Assembly (NCBI GenBank): GCA_963699585.1
Contig: CAVOUK010000007.1
Span: 361 to 64,360, forward strand
Origin: Thermodesulfovibrionia bacterium
GTDB taxonomy: Bacteria; Nitrospirota; Thermodesulfovibrionia; UBA6902
Direction of reading: 5' to 3'
DNA length: 64,000 bases
Shown here: in pieces, positions 55,526-64,000 of the stretch
How the letters are laid out: each line of letters opens with the position of its first letter
Position numbering within the stretch: the first letter of the stretch is position 1
Notes under the pieces: model-generated
What the model was told of the DNA's origin: nothing
Database searches by the model: none
What the model saw: the letters and a program-made list of their open reading frames with translations, nothing else
Made by a program: the position numbers and the translations under genes

Positions 55526-57363
55526 TGAGAGCAAAAATAATTATAGGTCTCAGCATCTTTGCCTTGGTCCTCTCCCTGTCCTGTATTTATATAATAAGCA
55601 CTATCGAAAAAACTACTTCAGGACTTGAAAGACTTATACTGCTTCACCAGGTAGAAATACTCAGAGAGCATCTTTTAATTCAGATTAAACGTGTTCAATC
55701 AGACCTCAGTCTCAGAAATACCCGGTTTGCCAAGGGTTTTAACGCCATGATAAATGATGTCAATACCATGGTAGATACAGCTAACACGTGTTTTCGCTGT
55801 CATCACGAAAAGGATGTTGAAAAAAGACTCACTGACTTAACCAGCCAGATTCATTCATATCAGGGCGCCTTAAGCAGGGTGTCAACGATAAGGGCCAATA
55901 CAGAAAGATTAACACTGGAAGAAGACAATACCTTTAGGATAGGTTCGGATTTAATTGCAACTGTAAATGACATGATAGCTATGGCGGGAAGCAAGCTTGA
56001 AGAGAAAACACAAGCCGCCCTTGTAAAAATAAGATACACTAAAATGGTACTTTATGTGCTTATCTGCGTCGGTCCCCTTATTTCAGCAATTTTAGGAATA
56101 GTATTAATACGGGGGATCTCAAAACCTATGAGCGAACTCCTTAATGCGACAAGGAAACTAAAAGATGGCGATTTAAACTACCATATCCGGCCGTTGAAGA
56201 ATGAATTCGGAGAGCTGGCATTGTCTTTTAATGAGATGGCCGGTTCCCTGAAACAATATCTCTCTAAAATAGAGGAGAGCGAAAAGCGCTACAGGACGCT
56301 TTTCGAAAATGCGGAGGAGGCAATTTTTATTCTCGAAGCTGAAGGAGAAAAAGCTGGCCGGATCGTTGCCGCCAACAGGGCGGCGGCAGAAATGCACGGT
56401 TATACAGTTGATGAACTGCTGACATTGAACATAAAAGATCTCGATTCGCCTGACGCCGCCCGTAACGTGCCTGATAATATTAAAAGGATATTAAACGGGG
56501 AGCAGATAAAAGCAGAGATTACACATCATAAGAAGGACGGCACTGTTTTCCCGGTTGAAATAAGCGCCGGACTGCTCGATCTCTCAGGTCATAAATACAT
56601 ACTCGCCTTTGACAGGGACATCACCGGGCGCAAGCTGGCGGAGGAACAATTCCTTCGCACCGAACAAATGGTGGTATGCGGTGAGGTGACAACAGGACTG
56701 GCCCATGAAATTAAAAATCCCCTCGCAGGCATCAAGGCATCAATACAATTATTCTCCGGGATATCAACACTTCCGGAGGAAGAAAAAATTATTTTAGGGA
56801 AGATTGTCGGGGAAATAAAACGGATTGAATTATTGTTAAAGGGGATCCTTAATTTTGCCAAACCTCCTAAACCTGACTTTATTTCTGTGAATGTAAATAG
56901 TATACTTGAGACAGCCCTTACTTTCTCACTTACGTCTTCATCTTTACATCAGGGTTCAAAGGGGGAAATAAAGCTTTTAAAAGACCTTGACCACAATCTT
57001 CCCGAGATCATAGCGGACCCGATGCAACTAAGCCAGATATTTCTTAATCTGTTGCTCAATGCAAACGAGGCTATGAAGGATGGCGGTATTTTAACTATAA
57101 AAACTTCATATAATCCAATGGAAAATTCAATATTCATTACAATATCAGATACAGGTACGGGTATAAAAAAGGAATTGCTGGAACAGGTGTTTCATCCTTT
57201 TTTTACTACCAAACCCAAGGGGACCGGACTTGGGTTAGCTATTACTAAACGACTGACGGAACAGCATAATGGTCAATTAACTTTTGTAAATAATCCGGCT
57301 GGAGGAGCAACATTTACTATAAAACTCCCCGTTAAACAACATCAAATGGTGCAATCAGCATGA
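55525..57363 (+). CDS. Sensor histidine kinase with a periplasmic heme-c motif, HAMP and PAS
   Basis: TM, periplasmic CFRCH, TM, HAMP (EFGELA.SFNEM), PAS, LAHEIKNPL, FFTTK, GTGLGL. Confidence 0.92.
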   Translation: MRAKIIIGLSIFALVLSLSCIYIISTIEKTTSGLERLILLHQVEILREHLLIQIKRVQSDLSLRNTRFAKGFNAMINDVNTMVDTANTCFRCHHEKDVEKRLTDLTSQIHSYQGALSRVSTIRANTERLTLEEDNTFRIGSDLIATVNDMIAMAGSKLEEKTQAALVKIRYTKMVLYVLICVGPLISAILGIVLIRGISKPMSELLNATRKLKDGDLNYHIRPLKNEFGELALSFNEMAGSLKQYLSKIEESEKRYRTLFENAEEAIFILEAEGEKAGRIVAANRAAAEMHGYTVDELLTLNIKDLDSPDAARNVPDNIKRILNGEQIKAEITHHKKDGTVFPVEISAGLLDLSGHKYILAFDRDITGRKLAEEQFLRTEQMVVCGEVTTGLAHEIKNPLAGIKASIQLFSGISTLPEEEKIILGKIVGEIKRIELLLKGILNFAKPPKPDFISVNVNSILETALTFSLTSSSLHQGSKGEIKLLKDLDHNLPEIIADPMQLSQIFLNLLLNANEAMKDGGILTIKTSYNPMENSIFITISDTGTGIKKELLEQVFHPFFTTKPKGTGLGLAITKRLTEQHNGQLTFVNNPAGGATFTIKLPVKQHQMVQSA

Positions 57364-58751
57364 CAACCAAAAAGAAAATATTTCTTATAGACGATGATGA
57401 GCTGATCGTCTCTGTACTGAGCAAGGCATTAATCGCTGAAGGATATGAGGTGCTCGCCGAGTCCACTGAATTCAAAGATATTACCGATAAGATCGGAGCT
57501 TATTTCCCTGATGTAATATTGCTTGATAATAAACTTGCGGGATTAAGCGGTCTGGAGATTCTTAATGATATAAAACAAAGCGGAATAGATGCTCAGGTGA
57601 TTATGCTGACAGCAGACGACACCGCAGAGACAGCTGTGAAGGCGATGAAATTAGGCGCTGCAGATTATTTGACCAAACCTTTCAATATAGAGGAAATGAA
57701 GATAGTCATAAGCAATATCATCGAGAAAAAATCTCTCAAACAGGAAGTTGCTGTTCTTCGGAGGATCAGCAGTGAGTATTTCGATGAAAATATCATCGGG
57801 GAGTCAAGCATTGTAAGCGAATTGAAAACAAAGATAAAAAAGTTGGCAGATGCACATGTTTCGAGTATTTTAATCACAGGAGAGAGCGGGACCGGCAAGG
57901 AGCTCTTTTCAAGGTACATACATCGCTTAATGTTCGGTGATGACAAATCAAGGAGCAAGCCGTTTGTTGCAATTAATTGTGCTGCGTTACCGGAACAGTT
58001 AATGGAGAGTGAACTGTTTGGACATGATAAGGGCTCATTCACTGATGCAAAAACAGATAAAAAAGGCGTTTTTGAACTTGCAAACGGAGGGTCTCTCCTG
58101 CTTGACGAGATAGGCGAAATGAGACCAAATCTGCAGAGCAAATTATTAAGGGTCCTTGAGGAAAGGACCGTAAGACGCATCGGAGGGAAATGGGACATGC
58201 AGGTGCATGTAACGGTGCTCGCCACCACAAACAGAAACCTCTCCGAGGCTGTAAAAATCGGCGATTTCAGGTCGGATTTATTTTTCAGGTTAAGCAACTT
58301 TTACATGCACATACCGCCGCTCAGGGAAAGACCTGAAGATATTCCTCTGCTTACCAGGCACTTTTTGTCCTATTATTCCACGCAGTATAACAAGAAGACC
58401 ATTAAAGGATTTTCCGCCGAAGCCCTAAAAAATATGACTTCTTATAAATGGCCCGGCAATATAAGGGAGTTGAAGAATCTCATTGAACGGCTTGTGGTGC
58501 TTGAAAATGCAGAAGAGATTCTTCCTGCACATCTCCCGAATTGGCTGACAAATGTTTCGATCTCTGAAGCCCATGCTCCCGATAAAAAATTTATTATGCC
58601 CGACGAAGGCATATCTTTAGACGATCTGGAGAAAGACCTCTTTGTACAAGCGCTCAAAAAAGCAGACAATAACAAGGTGGCTGCGGCAAAGCTCCTTAAT
58701 ATCAGCTATGATTCTCTCAGGTATGGGATTAAGAAGTTCGGGTTGAAGTAG
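57360..58751 (+). CDS. NtrC-family sigma54-dependent response regulator
   Basis: REC, GESGTGKE, ESELFGH-GSFTDA (GAFTGA variant), LDEIGE, WPGNIREL, Fis HTH. Confidence 0.95.
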   Translation: MTTKKKIFLIDDDELIVSVLSKALIAEGYEVLAESTEFKDITDKIGAYFPDVILLDNKLAGLSGLEILNDIKQSGIDAQVIMLTADDTAETAVKAMKLGAADYLTKPFNIEEMKIVISNIIEKKSLKQEVAVLRRISSEYFDENIIGESSIVSELKTKIKKLADAHVSSILITGESGTGKELFSRYIHRLMFGDDKSRSKPFVAINCAALPEQLMESELFGHDKGSFTDAKTDKKGVFELANGGSLLLDEIGEMRPNLQSKLLRVLEERTVRRIGGKWDMQVHVTVLATTNRNLSEAVKIGDFRSDLFFRLSNFYMHIPPLRERPEDIPLLTRHFLSYYSTQYNKKTIKGFSAEALKNMTSYKWPGNIRELKNLIERLVVLENAEEILPAHLPNWLTNVSISEAHAPDKKFIMPDEGISLDDLEKDLFVQALKKADNNKVAAAKLLNISYDSLRYGIKKFGLK

Positions 58752-58774
58752 GGGCTGGTTTCAAACCCGCCCGT
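58748..58774 (+). repeat. GTAG-type REP hairpin supplying the TAG stop of the NtrC gene
   Basis: GTAGGGGCTGGTTTCAAACCCGCCCG. Confidence 0.72.
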
Positions 58775-59447
58775 TTATATATACTCTATTCCGGCCCTGA
58801 ATTCATTATTGCCCGTCATTGAGATCCATTTAACAATCCCCGCCTTATGCTCTGCCCCTTCGATCTCAATGGTCTGGCCGGCATGGAGTGAGTACTCTGT
58901 AAGGATACCAATTCCCCCATCACTGATATCAACTATATTCCCTTTCAGGTTCAGTATCCTTGATTCTGCAAGTTCAGCGGCTTTTATGGAAAAATCAAAG
59001 GTTTCTTTTAATGGCCTTCTCTCATGCCTTCTCTTGCTTCTCCTGCTTTTCCATATTAATTAGTGGTTCGGACGATCCATCTTTCTCCAGAGCATTCTTC
59101 AGAATAAATTTGACCTGATAGAAATCAAAAGGTTTGGATATGAATTGATAGGCCATCTCTTCCACCTTTTTCTTGCACTCCTCATCAAGGTCTTCTGCTG
59201 TCATGATAATAACCGCGGTCTTCGGTGAAATCTTTTTTATCTTTTTCATGACGTCTATGCCGTTTGCATCGGGCAGGTGTATGTCTAAAAAACAGACATC
59301 ATAAAAACTGGAGGCTATTTCAGATGCAGCCTCAGTGCCGTTATCTATGGATTTAATTTCAACAGGACAGTTACAAAACGCAGGGATATGCTTTGACAGT
59401 CCCCAGCGGATCAGGTTATCGTCATCAACTATCATTATTCGCTTCAT
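58775..59447 (-). CDS. Receiver domain fused to a PilZ domain; frameshift near 59040
   Basis: REC ORF 59022..59447. An alternative frame reads KRRHERRPL...IVDISDGGIGI...GIVKW...FRAGIEYI to a stop at 58775 (RxxxR and DxSxxG). Confidence 0.8.
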
Positions 59448-59574
59448 AAAATATTTGCAATCAGCATATCATTTTTATCGTTTCTGCCAAGGTTAACTCG
59501 CGCTTGATGCGGCACAACTAATGCTTTAAAAGTAATGTCCGTGATAAGCGCATAATTTATCGTATAAAATATAA

Positions 59575-59590
59575 TGCAAATTCTGTACCA
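59575..59590 (-). promoter_or_regulatory. sigma54 (-24/-12) promoter
   Basis: TGGTACAGAATTTGCA (GG-N10-GC) about 130 nt upstream of the REC-PilZ gene. Confidence 0.75.
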
Positions 59591-59761
59591 ACTCTATTAA
59601 TATGTTCTTTTTTTATAAGAGTTCTGTTTTTCTCGAAGGGTTAGCAAGCAATAACGGGTCCGGCGGTCTTAAAAACTTTAACTCAGGAAGATCAGTTTTT
59701 GGTGATATGACCAGATACGATTGGTAGTTTTTTCTATTAGATAGATAGCCTGGATGATGTC

Positions 59762-61612
59762 TTACGGATAACTCTCGCCGGTATGGGTCCTACCATGGCA
59801 AACAAGCGTACAGTTTCCCGAAAAAGTGCCTGTATCATTGAATTCAGGGAATTGCTTGCCGGATGCCGGCATAACAACTCTTGTATCGAAATTTATCAGA
59901 TGCGTGTGACTTCCTGAAAGACCGTTGTCTGTTATTCCGTGGGGATCGTGACATACGGAACAGGGAGTGCCTTTTTAGGTCCGCAATGCGTTTTTTGTGT
60001 TCAACGTGAAACTCAAATCGCTCAGTATGCTCGTCCGGTCATGACACCTGTAGCAGAGCGCGTAATTCTGGTAGCTCTCCGGGGTATTGTCCAGGGTCTC
60101 GTATTGGTCCCTTAAGATAGGGGCGTAGGATGAACCATGAGGGCCTCTTGATCCGCCTGAATCATCACTATGGCAGTCGGTGCAATAGATGATACTTGAT
60201 GTTGTGAGGGACGGATTAAATGATGATGGTATGCTGGGTACATTAGGGTTTCTACCTGCTCCGACAACAGGGTGATAAGATGGATTTGTTATGGAAAAAG
60301 CATCCTGCATGTTCGTATTGTCAATAACTCTCGGGATGAAAGGCGTCCGCTGGAATAATTCCGCATGGCACTTAAAACAGATCTCATATTCATAATTGGC
60401 AGGATCAACAGCAGCCCTTTCGGCAGTCATTCCGGACACCTTTTCAAGCCTTCCGGATACATCGGGAGCTGATGCAGTCCGGTTGTTCGCGGCATGCGGA
60501 TTATGACAGTCTGCACATTCTACATGGCGGTTAGCAATAAATGTAGGTGATTCCGTCGGGTCGTGGCTACACCGGTGTACATAGCTCCACAGGATGCCTC
60601 GAAAGTTTCTGGAAATTTGAGAATATATGTTTTTCCCGCTACAGTTCCGTTATGGCATAGTATAGCAGGTATCTTCTTCATTAAGATGTATAGCAGCCGT
60701 TGAGGACCCCCTGCTGAATGGGGCGTATGACAGCCCTCACAAGCCCAGTCTGAGACAAGCGGCCAGGTCGGCCATGACCTTGGAGCTATGGGCAAAACAG
60801 TGCCCGTGGAGCTTGTAGATGTTTTATGGCTTGACAGCATCCAGCCGTCGATATTGCTGTGGCATGTGATGCATAATGCCGAGGCCCGGTTATCCATGAC
60901 AAGAAATTTCCCCGTCAGCTGGCCGTTCTTGTCCGACGACCTGTAGGCGTCCTCGTGCGCGTCATGACATGTCGAGCATTCAATAAACATGCTGCTGCCT
61001 CCGTAAAAAGGGAGGTCTGTAGGGAGAAGTGCCGGATTAAGTCCGGCATAAGGGTTCGGCAATGCATCGAGATACGAAAATGAGAAAGGGTGGTCGTCCG
61101 ACAGCACAACGCCGATATATGACGGCCTCCCCAGCGTGATCTGTCCTGTTGTTGCGATCCCGCCTGACGGCTGCAACACGGCTCCGAGTGCGAGGGTGCC
61201 GTCATGGCAACTGAGGCAGAGCCTTGACGGGCCATTCGGTTGTGAAGGCGTCACGCTCTGGGTCGTGCTTGTGTAAAGGATATAATTTACAGGGTCTATG
61301 GATTTATTCCACAAGCGGGGTCCTCGGAGTAGCATTATGCGGCGTATGACAAAAAATACAGATGCTGGTCTCGACCAGCGCCTTAGCTCACCCGGCCCTG
61401 ATACGGACATGTTATGCTTTGAATTAACGATCCCCACCTTTGAAACTGCGTCAGATGGAGAAACAGAAAACAGAATACAGAATACAGAAAACAGAATACA
61501 GAATACAAAATACCGAATTGCCTCCCGGCCCTGCGAACAGATTGTTAATCCGGTCAAATGCGTCGTGAGACGATTGACTGATGCCTCCTGTTCTATACAT
61601 GTTCATTTTCAT
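59762..61612 (-). CDS. Large periplasmic multiheme cytochrome c (about 11-12 hemes, doubled-CxxCH type); many frameshifts, start uncertain
   Basis: Across frames: CIFCHTPH, CLSCH, CSTCH, CITCH, CEGCH, a probable broken motif near 60660, CADCH, CFKCH, CTDCH, CYRCH, CSVCH and a terminal CTLVCH; stop at 59762. Confidence 0.88.
61464..61519. repeat. Heptamer tandem array encoding the cytochrome signal-peptide core
   Basis: (CAGAAAA CAGAATA CAGAATA)x2 CAAAATA CCGAATT; the minus strand reads YFVFCILFSVFCILFSV. Confidence 0.9.
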
Positions 61613-62674
61613 TGTTTGATTCTCATGATCTCAAATACCTGGATCCTATGATTGTACGTATCGCACACATATAGTCTATCACTTTCGTCGATGAAGATTC
61701 CAGACGGCAGCCAGAACTCTCCCTGATCAACACCCCTGCTGCCGAGCGTCAAAAGGAATTCTCCTCTTTCGTCAAAAAGCTGGATGTTATCGAAAAGACT
61801 GTCGACGACGTAAATAGTGCCCTTTCTATCAACAGCCACGCCTTTGGGCATTGCAAAATCTCCGGAGCCGTCGCCGTGATGACCGATTGCAGCATGGAAT
61901 TTCCCTGAGCTGTCGAATATCTCCACCCTGTAGTTCATTGAATCCGTCACATATATCAGCCCGGCCGGAGACCAGAAGATATGTGTCGGAAAATTGAATT
62001 GCCCGTCGCCGTTGCCCCTTAACCCGAATGAAAAGAGGCGCTCTCCCTTAGAAGTGAAAACATGAACCTTGTGCGAGGCTGTGTCTACGGCAAACAACCT
62101 CTTTTCGCCCGGGTCGTAGGCAAGGCCGGTCGGCCGTTTCAGGTCGCCTTCAAGCTTACTGCCGATAGAAAAAAGGTATCCACCCCTGTTGTCATAGACA
62201 GCGATCTTTTCAAGAAACGAATCGGATACATAGAGTCTTAATTCATCATCAAAGGCAACACTCACCGGGGATATCATAGGCTCTCCGGCGCCAAGGCGGA
62301 AGATGTCGATATACTGGTCCTCTTTGGGTATGTAAAGGTGAACGCTCTTTGTGCCTGTATCGGCTATTGCGATCCTCCCGTCAGTTCCGGTTGCAACTGC
62401 AACCGGCCTCATGAGCCTGTTTTCTTCATTTCCCATGAAGAACCCTCTCAGCGATCTCCCCCTTCTCTCTGAACCCCTGTATTGTCATGACATGACGGAC
62501 CCTCTGTTCTTCAGGCGGCAGCGGCCATGCAAGCTGCACCACCTGAGGCTGCACATTCAGGGTCCCACTTACGGGCACACCCCGCAGTAATAAGGACTGC
62601 GAGACATATTAAGACACACAGCTTCCTGTTCAATTTTCCCAGGTTTCTCATTTTCATTTTTCCCTTACTGCCAT
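61609..62674 (-). CDS. NHL-repeat (6-bladed beta-propeller) lipoprotein; N-terminal frameshifts
   Basis: F..P..VAVD..G.IYV.D..N.R.QVF repeats; upstream LITAGC lipobox and WPLPPEEQRV in other frames. Confidence 0.87.
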
Positions 62675-62696
62675 GTAGACTGACGCGTACTGCTTC

Positions 62697-63721
62697 TTAC
62701 TGTTTGCTTTTATTCTCTCCTGTTTCCATTATCTCAATCCTGGCGTCCTTTTTCAATTCCGCCTCCCATTCCTGCAAACGCTTTTTCTGGGCTTCCGCCC
62801 TCGCTTTTCTCTCGATCACGTTTTTCACCTCTTCAAAAGTGAATTGTTTAAAGGCGGCATATTCCTTCAGCTTGATGATATGGAAGGTCCCGGACGAAAG
62901 AAATACGCCCGAAAGCTCCCCGACCTTAATCTTCTTTGCCTCTTTATATATATCTTCTTCCTGACTGCTGTCTTTTATCTCAAGGTCCCTTACTATAAAA
63001 GTGCCGTCGAGGACGAGATTCCACGGGTTTTTTTCTTCATCAGCCTGGATCTTCTTCAGGGTCTCTTCAGCCTTCTTCGGAGACTCCGGATCATCGGCGC
63101 TCAGGAAAAAGACAACGTCAACAACGACTATCTTCTCGGGCTTGGTATATTTATCTTTGTCCTGTTCGTACTCCTTTTTCAATGCCTCCTCCGATACCGT
63201 TGACTTGTCAAGTATCTCCCTTATAAAGATACGCTTGAGGAGGAGATTCCTTTGAACACGCTTCTGCAATTCAGCTTCCGAGATGTTTTCTTTATCGAGA
63301 AATTCCCTGTATTTCCCCTCATCCCCCAATTTTTTCTTTATGCCGGCTATTGCATTATCAATATCTTGTTGTTCCACGAGTCAGTCCTTCAGATATTGCC
63401 TTCTGATATGTGAGTTCCTGCAGGATCAATTGATTCAGGGCCTCCTTATGAAAATCTCCGGGATTCTCCTGCTAACGCAGGCCCGTGTCCTTGCCCTTTA
63501 CCCAGGCTCTTTATCATTATTTCGACTGCTTCCTTTGTTATCTCAACGCCGTTAACCAGCGCAACGACTGTTTGCCCCTGCCCTTTGCCGTCCGCCTCCG
63601 GTTTTTGTGCCTCCACAGATGATGAAGACTGCGGATCCCCTTCAGCAGCCGGCGTGGTATCCGGGAGAAAGAGAATAACGGATAAAAGCACAACCGCAAG
63701 CTGCAAAACCTTTTTCATCAT
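62697..63721 (-). CDS. SurA/PpiC-type periplasmic chaperone-rotamase; frameshifts
   Basis: Signal peptide, VALVNGVEIT, KVGELSGV...FHIIKL, LKKDARIEI. Confidence 0.82.
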
Positions 63722-63762
63722 AGTCCTCCAAAAAAATAAAAATACATGGTCAATACAAACAC

Positions 63763-63778
63763 AACAAATATGTTGCCA
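63763..63778 (-). promoter_or_regulatory. Possible sigma54 promoter (non-canonical -12)
   Basis: TGGCAACATATTTGTT upstream of the PPIase gene. Confidence 0.4.
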
Positions 63779-63824
63779 TATTCAGAGCAGTTTGTCACTC
63801 CGCGATAACAATTATAGCAATTCA

Positions 63825-64000
63825 TCAAAACAGCTTTCTCTTTAATGTAAGATAGTAGGTCTGGCTCGTTGTCTCCGCTTTTCCTGTATCGAACTCGAAC
63901 TATCTATCAGGGACATATTCGCCCCGAGACTGAGATCGAGCTTTGCTACTTTCCAGGTAACAGCTGCGCCCAATGAGTATGTATTTGTTGTAAAAATCAG
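63825..64000 (-). CDS. C-terminus of an outer-membrane beta-barrel protein (5' part outside the window)
   Basis: YSLGAAVTWKVAKLDLSLGAN and, after an indel, QTYYLTLKRKLF-stop: alternating beta-strands and a terminal Phe. Confidence 0.7.

Noticed and set aside
57665-58297. Long antisense ORFs (e.g. 57665..58297, 9736..10263, 52775..53260, 34143..34598)
   Set aside because: They are shadows of well-supported genes on the opposite strand and have no motifs.

Overview
A ~64 kb core-chromosome segment from an anaerobic Gram-negative bacterium. The gene content and protein sequences look like Nitrospirota/Thermodesulfovibrionia or a Desulfobacterota-like lineage (inference, not checked by search). 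Housekeeping genes include mnmG, tRNA-Ser, serS, rplU-rpmA-obgE-proB-uvrC, pyrE, pgpA-thpR-recA-pilT-recX, ychF, hemL, scpA, a selenocysteine-containing selD, ispH and wbaP. The window also has many c-di-GMP and two-component genes and several c-type cytochromes. At the right end, a PhnD-like lipoprotein / heme-c histidine kinase / sigma54 activator module sits next to a porin-PPIase-NHL-multiheme cytochrome cluster. More than 20 genes, including core housekeeping ones, are broken by single-base indels, most simply explained as uncorrected long-read errors. Several real genes are missing from the ORF track (chrB, rubredoxin, a 51-aa Cys-rich protein, a 35-aa membrane peptide, a PilZ domain, the selD N-terminus). 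The main unexplained structure is a set of short palindromic repeat families, built from 7-, 8- and 9-nt tandem units plus GTAG-REP and GTCATTCC hairpins. They occupy many intergenic spacers, nest inside one another and enter coding sequences in frame. There is also a strong leaderless-transcript signature. No CRISPR array, rRNA, transposase or integrase was found.
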